Origin: an uncultured Candidatus Saccharibacteria bacterium
Lineage (GTDB): Bacteria; Patescibacteriota; Minisyncoccia; UBA6257; JAUSGH01
Direction of reading: 5' to 3'
Assembly: GCA_964366955.1 (NCBI GenBank)
Contig: CAYIVT010000001.1
Span: forward strand, 1 to 31,651
Length of the DNA stretch: 31,651 nt
Made by a program: the position numbers and the translations under genes. The notes under the pieces were generated by a model that was given only the letters and a program-made list of their open reading frames with translations, did not search any database and was not told the DNA's origin. Below are positions 15,722 through 24,319 of this stretch, piece by piece. How positions within the stretch are numbered: position 1 is the stretch's first letter; the number at the start of each line of letters is the position of its first letter.

Positions 15722-16849
15722 ATGATCAACAATGATCTACGCACATGGATAGAGATTAGCAAAGGAGCCGTTAAGCACAATATAGCTCAAATTCGCTCTA
15801 TTTTAGCCCCTAAAACGGCTTTATGGGCGGTAGTTAAGTCTAATGCTTACGGACATGGGATCTTCACTATACCTCGTTTATTTGATAAATACGGTGTAGA
15901 TGGTTTTTGCGTTGACACGCTTATAGAAGGGGTAAAACTACGCGAAAGCGGCATTAAAAAACCAATCTTAGTTTTGGGTCTTACTTTGCCCAATCTTTAC
16001 GAATTAGCTATAGAAAATGACATTCAAATAACAATTTCGAACTTTGATATTTTAAAACTTTATACAAAATCAAAACATAAGCCAAAATTTCATATTAAAC
16101 TAGACACCGGCATGCACCGCCAAGGTTTTTACATTGATGATGTTTCAAAAGTTATTAAAAACCTTTCACCTTTGACCTTTCACCTAAAACAGAAGTTCGT
16201 TGGCCTTTACACTCACTTCGCTTCAGCTAAAGATATTAATTATCCAACTTACACCGAAAAACAATTTAATGAATATCAAGAAATAGTTAGTTTATTTAAA
16301 AAAGCGGGATTTAAAAAATTTATTCAACACGTATCTGCAACTGGCGGAACTTTAATTAATAAAAAATATCATCTAGACATGGTTCGCTGCGGCATAGCGT
16401 TATATGGCTTATTCCCATCTAAAGAACTAGAGATACAAATTCCAAAATTATCTTTTAAACCAGTTCTTTCATGGAAAACTTTAATAGGAGAAATAAAGAA
16501 AGTTAAAAAAGGGGATTATATTGGTTACGATTTAGTAGAGCGTATAACCCATAATTCTGATATCGCAATCTTGCCAATAGGGTATTGGCATGGTTTCCCG
16601 CGATCTTTATCTCAAATAGGCAGCGTTTTAATTAACGGCACTAGATGTAAAATTTTAGGCAGAGTTTCAATGGACATGGTTGCCATAGATATTGGAAAAG
16701 CTCATTGTAAATTCGGTGATCTTGCGACTATAATCGGTGCGTCTAATAAAGAAAAAATTACAGCTCAAGAAATAGCCAGTTTGGCCAATCAATCATATTA
16801 TGAACTCTTAACACGCCTAAACCCATTAATAGAACGTGTTATAGTATAA
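15722..16849 (+). CDS. alr: Alanine racemase
   Basis: PLP lysine motif AVVKSNAYGHG, HIKLDTGMHRQG, RCGIALYG, GRVSMDM. Confidence 0.96.
   Translation: MINNDLRTWIEISKGAVKHNIAQIRSILAPKTALWAVVKSNAYGHGIFTIPRLFDKYGVDGFCVDTLIEGVKLRESGIKKPILVLGLTLPNLYELAIENDIQITISNFDILKLYTKSKHKPKFHIKLDTGMHRQGFYIDDVSKVIKNLSPLTFHLKQKFVGLYTHFASAKDINYPTYTEKQFNEYQEIVSLFKKAGFKKFIQHVSATGGTLINKKYHLDMVRCGIALYGLFPSKELEIQIPKLSFKPVLSWKTLIGEIKKVKKGDYIGYDLVERITHNSDIAILPIGYWHGFPRSLSQIGSVLINGTRCKILGRVSMDMVAIDIGKAHCKFGDLATIIGASNKEKITAQEIASLANQSYYELLTRLNPLIERVIV
16161..16185 (+). repeat. Heptamer tandem repeat inside alr
   Basis: ACCTTTC-ACCTTTG-ACCTTTC-ACCT (3.5 units) encoding NLSPLTFHL. Confidence 0.8.
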
Positions 16850-16852
16850 ATA

Positions 16853-17578
16853 GTGAAAAAATGGATAAGTGTTTATATTACTGTTAGTATTTTTATACTG
16901 ATATTTATTTTTATATTATCGGGTATTTTTTATTTACCGTGGCTGCATGTTAAACAAATAAATATAACTGGCAATATGCGCGTTTCAGCCAATGACATTA
17001 AAAGAAAATTGTCGACCGTTATTCTAGAGAAGCCCTTTGCTAAATATCTTGGCTACACACATATACTGCTATGGAACAAAGTTAACGTTGATGACCCGCT
17101 AATAAAAAATATAAGTATAGCTCGTAATTGGTTTACTCAAACTGTTGACGCTATAGTTCAAGAACGAGAACGTTATGCTGTCTGGTGCTTGCAAATATCG
17201 TGTTTTTGGATCACGGAAGATGGTCAAATTTTAGAAAAATCTCCAACATCAGAAGGGCAATTGATTAATATTATACACTCCAATAAAACTCTAGATTTAA
17301 AACCAGGTATATATGTTTTACAAAAAAAAGAAATAACCCATCTCAAGACCATTCTTAAAATACTTAGAGATATTAATATTTCCGTTACGAAAATCAGCTA
17401 TGATGCCGAAACTTTAGAATTAGTTATTAAAACAGAAGAAGGAACGCGCCTTCTCTTTAGTTTATATTTTAACCCAACGCTAGTGATTACTTCCATAGAA
17501 GAGCTTTTTCATAAACAAAAACTAAACTTTAAGGATTACATAGATTTTAGAACAGAAAATAAAGTTTTTTATAAATAG
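16853..17578 (+). CDS. ftsQ: FtsQ/DivIB-like protein (TM + POTRA + C-terminal domain)
   Basis: N-terminal TM, VKQINITGN POTRA start, IVQERERYAVWC, YIDFRTENKVFYK; GTG start. Confidence 0.75.
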   Translation: MKKWISVYITVSIFILIFIFILSGIFYLPWLHVKQINITGNMRVSANDIKRKLSTVILEKPFAKYLGYTHILLWNKVNVDDPLIKNISIARNWFTQTVDAIVQERERYAVWCLQISCFWITEDGQILEKSPTSEGQLINIIHSNKTLDLKPGIYVLQKKEITHLKTILKILRDINISVTKISYDAETLELVIKTEEGTRLLFSLYFNPTLVITSIEELFHKQKLNFKDYIDFRTENKVFYK

Positions 17579-17609
17579 CAAGCAAGATAGTTTAGGGTAT
17601 AGTATATTT

Positions 17610-17665
17610 ACTCTCCCGATGACCCAAATATTAAAGATTGCTGTATTTATGGTCATCGGGAAAGT
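17610..17665. repeat. Hairpin element copy 2, inverted relative to copy 1
   Basis: CCCGATGACC(17615-17624)-CAAATATTAAAG...-GGTCATCGGG(17651-17660), with its own outer stem ACTCT/AAAGT. Confidence 0.85.
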
Positions 17666-17698
17666 TTAATATTGAATTTTAAATTAGCTTCTTAATAT

Positions 17699-18883
17699 TT
17701 AGAAAAAATGTAAACTTCGTATATCAAATATAGGGAAAAATGGCGCTATTCTAACGACAATTATTAAATGCCAAATCAGGATAACAAAAATAGCGACAGT
17801 CTTTAAGGATAGACTAACAAGATTGTTTTTGAAAATAAAAACTTTAACTAAAATATTTCTGGCTAAATTTTGATCAAAGACAGTAAACCATTCTTTGATT
17901 AAAGAAAGGGATATTAAAATCAAATATGGCAACAAAATAATTCTAATTATGTTGCTATGAAAGCTAAAAATATTTATCAAACCAAAAACTACAATAAATA
18001 AATTATAAAAAAATTCTCTTTCATAAAGACCTAAATAATTTACTAACACCATTTTATTAAACAGGCACTTTATAAAAAATTGTGCTAGGCGCACTACGTA
18101 GAACACAAAACCAAAAAATAAGATGGCTACGAGCGACGTACTTTCTTTTTCAATAAACTCATCTATCCAGTTCATTTTCCCTAAATTCTCAAAACCTAAA
18201 TTTTCATTTTCAAATAACAATAAATACTCCCCAAAAGGACGAAAAGCTGGGTTATTTAACAACCAATTTGCAAGCATTGGCTCGGAATAATCAGTCGTAT
18301 ATTGAAAACTATAAATCATAAAAATAACATAAATAGTTGCAAAAGATACAAAAATTAAAAGTAAGATATTTTTTAAATTTTGCTTCATTGCAATTCTAAT
18401 TTTGTGATGACGCATAGTGAGATCAATATCTCTCCATTCTCGCCCGAGTTTAGCTAAAGATAAGATAACAATCAAAAAAATAGCCAATGGCAATATAACC
18501 CAAGCTTCTTTTAGAACAGACATTGATAAACCCATTAATATGCCAGAAAAAATTAATTTAATATTATCTGGCTTTCTAATATAGAATAGAAAAAATTCTA
18601 TTGCGATAATCAAAGCAAGCGGTGGAATTAAAAATTCTACATTACTAAATGCAGCACTTAACACGAGCATTGAAAAAGCTAGTAAAAAAGTAGAAATTAA
18701 CGCCCATAAATTCCCAACAATAGCTACCCCTAAAAAAAAGTAAAGAAATAAAAAACAAAGCATAATGCCAATAGAAAAATAAAATGGCGCCTGTCTTGTT
18801 AATAAAAAATACCCTCCAAATATTGAAGCTAAAACTAAATACGGGAAAAATAGCAATGACAATTTTTTAACTAAGTTATACAT
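17699..18883 (-). CDS. Polytopic membrane protein, degenerate GT-C (PMT/ArnT-like) scaffold
   Basis: About 10 hydrophobic segments; WALISTFLLAFS, LIFSGILMGLS-x4-K and RPFGEYLL resemble GT-C cores. Start ATG 18883 overlaps the nuclease stop. Confidence 0.6.
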   Translation of the reverse strand: MYNLVKKLSLLFFPYLVLASIFGGYFLLTRQAPFYFSIGIMLCFLFLYFFLGVAIVGNLWALISTFLLAFSMLVLSAAFSNVEFLIPPLALIIAIEFFLFYIRKPDNIKLIFSGILMGLSMSVLKEAWVILPLAIFLIVILSLAKLGREWRDIDLTMRHHKIRIAMKQNLKNILLLIFVSFATIYVIFMIYSFQYTTDYSEPMLANWLLNNPAFRPFGEYLLLFENENLGFENLGKMNWIDEFIEKESTSLVAILFFGFVFYVVRLAQFFIKCLFNKMVLVNYLGLYEREFFYNLFIVVFGLINIFSFHSNIIRIILLPYLILISLSLIKEWFTVFDQNLARNILVKVFIFKNNLVSLSLKTVAIFVILIWHLIIVVRIAPFFPIFDIRSLHFF

Positions 18884-19643
18884 ATCCAATTTTTTTGAGC
18901 CACTCTTCATTATCCCATTCCCAAAGTTTTTTAGCACCTAAAAATGCCTCAAAATCGCTTTTCCATTCTGGCATTTCTTGGAGTTCGCAGACCCCAGTTA
19001 GTGGACCCCAAGAGTGCATGTTATTCATACACGATAAACCTGCACCCCGCCTAATTTTCCCTCGATTACCCTTAACACGTAAAATCGCTCTGCATTGATT
19101 GCAAGTTTTAACTTGATCAATTCTAAAAATCCAGCGAGTGGTTAAGTTGGGAATTTCTGTTGTCAGCACATCCATATAAGCGGATGTTTGTAAATTATAA
19201 TCACGATAGATAGCTTGTGAAGTTTTAATATCCAAAACACCATATTTACCGCCAATCAAAGCTACGGCATCAATGGTTCCCGCATAGCGATGCTTAGTAT
19301 TACAAACTCTTTTTTCTATATATTTAATGTCAAATTGAATATTTTTTTGTTCTACAAATTTTAAAGCTGCTTCAACAGCAGGGGATATAGCTGGATCAAC
19401 AAAGGGCTTTTCGCCGCTTAAAGTTTTCTGCACTGCTTCGTGAACTGCTGTACCTTCAAGAGCTGCTAACTCTGTGGCTTCTTTGGCAGCTTTAAAACTA
19501 ACTGCGTCTCCATAATAGCGCAGCAAAGCTGGCTTGGATTTTATTCCAATAATTTTAGTAACTCTAGGATACCAAGCGCCATCTATTGTGTAGCCATTAG
19601 CTTCCTTGAATTCTTGTTCAGTTTTGAATTCTAAATAATTCAT
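18876..19643 (-). CDS. PD-(D/E)XK RecB-family nuclease with a Cys/His insert
   Basis: YPRVTKII, GTAVH, EKRV, YAGTIDA, DIKTS, QTSAY; insert CNQC...C-x4-H. Start probably ATG 19643. Confidence 0.85.
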   Translation of the reverse strand: MNYLEFKTEQEFKEANGYTIDGAWYPRVTKIIGIKSKPALLRYYGDAVSFKAAKEATELAALEGTAVHEAVQKTLSGEKPFVDPAISPAVEAALKFVEQKNIQFDIKYIEKRVCNTKHRYAGTIDAVALIGGKYGVLDIKTSQAIYRDYNLQTSAYMDVLTTEIPNLTTRWIFRIDQVKTCNQCRAILRVKGNRGKIRRGAGLSCMNNMHSWGPLTGVCELQEMPEWKSDFEAFLGAKKLWEWDNEEWLKKIGYV

Positions 19644-20937
19644 CAGTATATTCATTAATATTACCCGCACCCATCATAATAACAATATTTTTTTTATTTT
19701 TAACAATTTTTGTTTTAAAATAATTTTTTAGTTCTTGTAAATCAGAAATAACAACAACTTCTTTATTGCGACGCAAGAAAATGCTTTTAGCTAAAGCTCT
19801 GGAATCAAGCTCTATTTTTTCCTCATCGCGCCCAGCCACACCATAAACCTCAAGTAAAGCTATTTGATCAGCCACGTCAAAAGCTCTAACGAAATCTTTA
19901 AATAAAATTTTCAATCTTTCTCTTTGGTGCGGTTGAAAAATACAAATTATATTAGAATCTTTATACTTTTCTTTAAAACCAGTCAATGTTGCTTTTATTT
20001 CTTGCGGATGATGGGCGTAGTCATCAAATAAAGATGCCCCCATAAACTCTCCACGATATTCGCTTCTACGCCAAGCGCCACTATAAGAACCCAAAGTTTT
20101 TAAAATAAGCTGCTTTTTAACGCCTAACGCTCTAGCTAAAATATATGCCCCAACTGCATTCGATAAATTATGCGCACCTGAAAGCTTTAAGATTTTTTTA
20201 ATTTCTAACGCTTCTTTGGATTTTATACTATACCAAACAACTTGACGTTTAATAAACTCGCGCAAAGAATAAAGATTCTTATTATCCTTATTTAAAACCA
20301 AAAGGCCATATTTATGAGTATTATCTATAAAATTAAGAAAGGTTTTTTTAATCTCATTTAAATTTTTATAAAAATCTAAATGCTCGCGATCTATATTTGT
20401 AATAAGAGCAGCATAAGGGAAATAATGTAAAAAAGAAGCCTTCCATTCATCGGCCTCTAAAACAAGATAATCACTTTTACCACTGCGAAAATTTTTATTG
20501 TCAAATTCCTTTAATTTTGTGCCCAAAATAACCGTAGGGTCAAATTTTGCCTTCTCTAAAATAAGGGCCACCATAGAAGCAGTTGTGCTTTTACCGTGAG
20601 CGCCCGCTATAGCAACAGTTTTATAAAGCTTTGTCAATTCTCCTATAACTTCTGGATAAGTAGAAGTGGGGATTTTAAAGTCACGAGCTTTTTGAAGTTC
20701 TAGATTATCTTCGGAATTAGCTTGATTATAAATTACACGAACTGACTGGTCATCTAAATTTTGTGCCTGGTGCTTGCCAATAAAAATTTTCACTCCGTCA
20801 TTTTTTAATTCTTCAATAGTAGAAGAAGGGGAGAGGTCGGAGCCAGACACCTGATAACCGTGCGCTAAAAACCAGCGCGCCAAAGCACTCATACCAATTC
20901 CACCAATACCAATAAAATAAACTGATCCCTTGTGCAT
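19618..20937 (-). CDS. murC: UDP-N-acetylmuramate--L-alanine ligase
   Basis: FIGIGGIGMSALA, AGAHGKSTT, LEADE, DDYAHHPQEI, MGAGNI. Start ATG 20937 preferred. Confidence 0.96.
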   Translation of the reverse strand: MHKGSVYFIGIGGIGMSALARWFLAHGYQVSGSDLSPSSTIEELKNDGVKIFIGKHQAQNLDDQSVRVIYNQANSEDNLELQKARDFKIPTSTYPEVIGELTKLYKTVAIAGAHGKSTTASMVALILEKAKFDPTVILGTKLKEFDNKNFRSGKSDYLVLEADEWKASFLHYFPYAALITNIDREHLDFYKNLNEIKKTFLNFIDNTHKYGLLVLNKDNKNLYSLREFIKRQVVWYSIKSKEALEIKKILKLSGAHNLSNAVGAYILARALGVKKQLILKTLGSYSGAWRRSEYRGEFMGASLFDDYAHHPQEIKATLTGFKEKYKDSNIICIFQPHQRERLKILFKDFVRAFDVADQIALLEVYGVAGRDEEKIELDSRALAKSIFLRRNKEVVVISDLQELKNYFKTKIVKNKKNIVIMMGAGNINEYTDELFRIQN

Positions 20938-21121
20938 ACTGTTTATATTTAGAAGTATATATATTTTTAGAAAAAAGTGGTAGTCCATTCAATGAAATAA
21001 GGGTACCAAAATTAACCAGTGGGGTAGTGCTTCCTTGTTTTAATATACTGTCGCACAATATACATTTTGCGTCAGTAATAGGCTATTGCCAAATAAATAA
21101 CTGTATTTTTTAATTCGTCCC

Positions 21122-21161
21122 ATCCTTCATACTCACTGCTATAGCAGTGAGTATGAAGGAT
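21122..21161. repeat. Perfect 40-bp spacerless palindrome
   Basis: ATCCTTCATACTCACTGCTA|TAGCAGTGAGTATGAAGGAT, checked base by base. Confidence 0.95.
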
Positions 21162-21179
21162 TAAGAAAATATAATTTAA

Positions 21180-21219
21180 AATAAAAAATGTAGTCTTGAA
21201 AATTAATTCGAGACTACAT
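21180..21219 (-). terminator. Intrinsic terminator of the antitoxin-like gene
   Basis: Minus strand ATGTAGTCTCGAA-TTAATT-TTCAAGACTACAT (13-bp stem, one mismatch) followed by TTTTTATTT; contains the TAG stop. Confidence 0.7.
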
Positions 21220-21570
21220 AAAAGCTCCTCTACTAACATCGTCGATCATACACATTAATTCCTTATGTCCTTTATCGCTACGCAACATATCAATGGGGCG
21301 CCTATGGTTAAATGATTTATTAGGTTTAGCTAACCACTGCAGTTGGCTATCAAGCATCATACAATCCCCTAGTTCAACTAAAAAATTATCCAGTCGCGCA
21401 AGTTGCATGCTAAATTTTTTAGTTATACGTTTTTTGCTACGCAATATTTCATGCAACTGCCCAGTACTAATACTAAATAATTTTGCAAATTTGCGAATTG
21501 GCACATCTTTACCATGAGGAATTAATTTCTTCATTAGTCGCAACAAATCTAAAGACGACCAAATTTTCAC
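21214..21570 (-). CDS. Xre/MbcA/ParS-type antitoxin-like protein (HTH + C-terminal toxin-binding domain)
   Basis: HTH (IRKFAKLFSISTGQLHEILR) plus WLAKPNKSFNHRRPIDML-x4-G...IDDVSRGAF; AAAGGAGGT at 21576-21584; TGGACT-17-TATAAT promoter. Confidence 0.78.
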   Translation of the reverse strand: MKIWSSLDLLRLMKKLIPHGKDVPIRKFAKLFSISTGQLHEILRSKKRITKKFSMQLARLDNFLVELGDCMMLDSQLQWLAKPNKSFNHRRPIDMLRSDKGHKELMCMIDDVSRGAFM

Positions 21571-21608
21571 GCAGCACCTCCTTTCTAGCTTTTATTATAC
21601 GAAAACAA

Positions 21609-22856
21609 TTAGAGATAGTCCAGCGGATTAAGATAGCCACCATATGGCATTTCTCCACAAGAACGGCTACGCCCCATATAAAATGTCGGCTTAGAGTAAA
21701 CTGTTAGATGTAAATGAGGGCCAGTTGCATAACCACTTTTGCCAACATAACCAATAAAATCACCTCTAGTAACAGTTTGGCCGTTATTTACATTTATAGA
21801 AGAAAGGTGCGCATATAGAGTTACTAAATTATTATTATGAGAAATAACTATAAAACGACCATAAGCGCCTTTACGGCAAAATAAATCCTGATTACCAGTT
21901 TTCACCACTACCCCATCTTCTGCAGCATAAATTGGAGTACCTATTGAAGCTGCAATATCTATTCCATTATGAGCCTTACCACGATAACCACCTTTTTGAG
22001 AAAAAGCTGTGATGCCAAAATTCTGACTTAAAAAACCTTTAACTGGCATTAAAAGTACTCCGGCTCTTTTTTGAGGTAAAAGGCTTGGATCAATTTTAGA
22101 TCGTAATTCTTCTTCAATTTCTTCTATTTCTCCAGAAATAGTTAACTGTTTTTTTTCTAATTCGTTAATTTGCTGCTCATAAAGACGTTGCTGATTTTTT
22201 GTTTGAGATAATAAAGTTTGTTGATCTTGTTTCTGATCAACTAAAGCTATTTTCCTAATTTTTAAAGTTCCATTTTCTCTTTTAAGATCTTCTCTTTTTT
22301 GCGATCTTTCCTTTAACTTCGTAGATAAAATAATCTGGACATTTTTTAATTCATTAATATTTTCAGCCAATTTACCATTTAAAGTAACTAAAGTTTGTGT
22401 TTCTAATAAAATATCACCTAAAGTTCCATTTTTCATTAAAGATAACAGTAAACTTTCGCGATCTCTTTCTTGTAAAACTCTCAGTAGGCTTTGAACGGCT
22501 TTTTTCTTTAACAAAACTTTATCTTGCGCATCGGTAATATCATATTGCAAAGCAGAAATCTCCAGCTCTAATTTATCAATAATAAACTCACTGGATTTAA
22601 TACCTAAATTTAACTGCCCCAAAGAATAATCCACCCGATTTAATTCTTGTTTTAATGTGCGACTACGCTCTTCTGTCTCTCCTAAATTTTTAGAAACTGC
22701 CTGCAATTGATTAGTAACTTCTTGTAGCGCGCGCGTTTTTTCGTTAATCGCTTGCTCTAGCTCTAACGGTGCAGCTGCAGAAACATAAGTGAAGCTAGGT
22801 ATTGCAATTACAAAATTAAATAAAACTATGATTATTTTTTTATGAAGGTAGCTCAT
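21609..22856 (-). CDS. Coiled-coil M23 family murein endopeptidase (EnvC/MepM-like)
   Basis: Signal peptide, long coiled coil, intact HNGID and HLH zinc motifs. Confidence 0.9.
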   Translation of the reverse strand: MSYLHKKIIIVLFNFVIAIPSFTYVSAAAPLELEQAINEKTRALQEVTNQLQAVSKNLGETEERSRTLKQELNRVDYSLGQLNLGIKSSEFIIDKLELEISALQYDITDAQDKVLLKKKAVQSLLRVLQERDRESLLLSLMKNGTLGDILLETQTLVTLNGKLAENINELKNVQIILSTKLKERSQKREDLKRENGTLKIRKIALVDQKQDQQTLLSQTKNQQRLYEQQINELEKKQLTISGEIEEIEEELRSKIDPSLLPQKRAGVLLMPVKGFLSQNFGITAFSQKGGYRGKAHNGIDIAASIGTPIYAAEDGVVVKTGNQDLFCRKGAYGRFIVISHNNNLVTLYAHLSSINVNNGQTVTRGDFIGYVGKSGYATGPHLHLTVYSKPTFYMGRSRSCGEMPYGGYLNPLDYL

Positions 22857-22876
22857 TAATTTTTGTATTCCATCGA

Positions 22877-24319
22877 CTACTTAAGCGCCTCGATAGCTTT
22901 TTTAATCCTAGCCAAGCTTTCTTCTCTGCCTAATATTTCCATAATCTCTACTGGTCCCGGCGAAGTCTCTTGTCCAGAAAGAGCCACTCGCAAAGGCCAA
23001 AAAATATCTCCCCTACCAATCTCATCACCCAATTGTTTCAAAATTTTCTCTAATTCACTTTTGATAAATAGTTCATTCTCTAACGCACTGAATTTATTGC
23101 GCAATAATAATAAATTATTTTTAGCGGCTTCTTTATTAGATTTTTTCCACACAAGCAGACTAGAAGCGTACTCCCCTATAACAAAGAAAATAGAGCTCAC
23201 TTCCTTAAAATCAGCTAAGGTATGCATTCTTTCTTTTGCAAGAGATAGCAATTTATTTTTTTGATCTAAATTAAATTTATTAAAGCTATTTTCTAGTTCT
23301 GGGTAAAAACTATTAATTCTTGATAATAATTCTGCATTGTCACAATTTTTAATATATTGACCGTTTATCCACAGTAATTTTTCTTTATTAAAAATTGCAC
23401 CAGCTTTTTGAATTCGTTCTAAGGAAAATTCTTTAATAATCGTTTCAAGCGACATCACTTCCTTGTCGTCTTCGGGATGCCAACCAAGAAGTGCCATAAA
23501 ATTTATAAAAGCTTCCGGTAAAAATCCTGCTTTACGATAATCATCAATAGAAACCGCAGCAAAACGCTTAGAAAGTTTAGCGCGTTTTTCATCTAAAATT
23601 AATGGCAAATGCGCATATTGAGGATGATTAAAACCTAAAGATTTTTGAATAAAAATTTGCTTGGGTGTGTTGCCAATATGATCTTCCCCACGGATAACAT
23701 GAGAAATTTTCATTTCATAATCATCAACCACAACAGCAAAATTATAGAGTGGAGTTCGTAGATCTTTAGCAATTGCTATATCCCCTATTAAAGAACCATC
23801 AAAAGTAATTTCCCCTCTGATCACATCTTTAAAAGAGACTTTTTCTTCTGGAATTTTAAAACGAATAACTTGTCCTCCACTTTTAGCATTTTTAAAACGA
23901 CATTTACCGCTATATTTAGGAGCTAAATCTAATTTTTCCTGATTTTGCCTTTCTGCTTCCAATTCTTCTTTAGTGCATGAACAATAATAAGCTAAATCCT
24001 GATTCAAAAGTTGCTTAAGATATTTTTCGTAAATATCTAATCTTTCTGTTTGGCGATATAACACGAATGGACCACCAACTTCTGGGCTTTCATCGGCTAC
24101 TAAACCCAGCCAACGCATACCATCAAAAATATTCTTTTCAAATTTTATATCTGATCGTTCTAAGTCAGTATCTTCTATGCGCAAAATAAATTTGCCATTC
24201 ATCTTTTTGGCAAATAAATAATTAAATAAAGCAGTGTGCGCAGTGCCTACATGAAAATATCCCGTAGGCGATGGAGCAATACGAACTCTTATATTTTCAC
24301 TTTCTTTAAAATTGTCCAT
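22877..24319 (-). CDS. gltX: Glutamate--tRNA ligase
   Basis: RIAPSPTGYFHVG, RIEDTD, HVIRGEDH, KLSKR, LRVALSG. Confidence 0.97.
   Translation of the reverse strand: MDNFKESENIRVRIAPSPTGYFHVGTAHTALFNYLFAKKMNGKFILRIEDTDLERSDIKFEKNIFDGMRWLGLVADESPEVGGPFVLYRQTERLDIYEKYLKQLLNQDLAYYCSCTKEELEAERQNQEKLDLAPKYSGKCRFKNAKSGGQVIRFKIPEEKVSFKDVIRGEITFDGSLIGDIAIAKDLRTPLYNFAVVVDDYEMKISHVIRGEDHIGNTPKQIFIQKSLGFNHPQYAHLPLILDEKRAKLSKRFAAVSIDDYRKAGFLPEAFINFMALLGWHPEDDKEVMSLETIIKEFSLERIQKAGAIFNKEKLLWINGQYIKNCDNAELLSRINSFYPELENSFNKFNLDQKNKLLSLAKERMHTLADFKEVSSIFFVIGEYASSLLVWKKSNKEAAKNNLLLLRNKFSALENELFIKSELEKILKQLGDEIGRGDIFWPLRVALSGQETSPGPVEIMEILGREESLARIKKAIEALK

Noticed and set aside
16790-16800. GTTTGGCCAAT-type 11-nt match to the fmt repeat near the 3' end of alr (about 16779-16789)
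   Set aside because: Too short, lacks the heptamer array, and compatible with chance.
18876-19643. Cas4/CRISPR interpretation of the nuclease
   Set aside because: No repeat-spacer array, no cas1/cas2, and the cysteines do not follow the Cas4 1+3 Fe-S pattern.
3321-21570. Integron-cassette interpretation of the four small orphan genes
   Set aside because: They are dispersed, have their own promoters, and no attC core pairs or integrase were seen.
23365-23373. Perfect DnaA box TTATCCACA
   Set aside because: Single copy inside gltX with no cluster or origin context.
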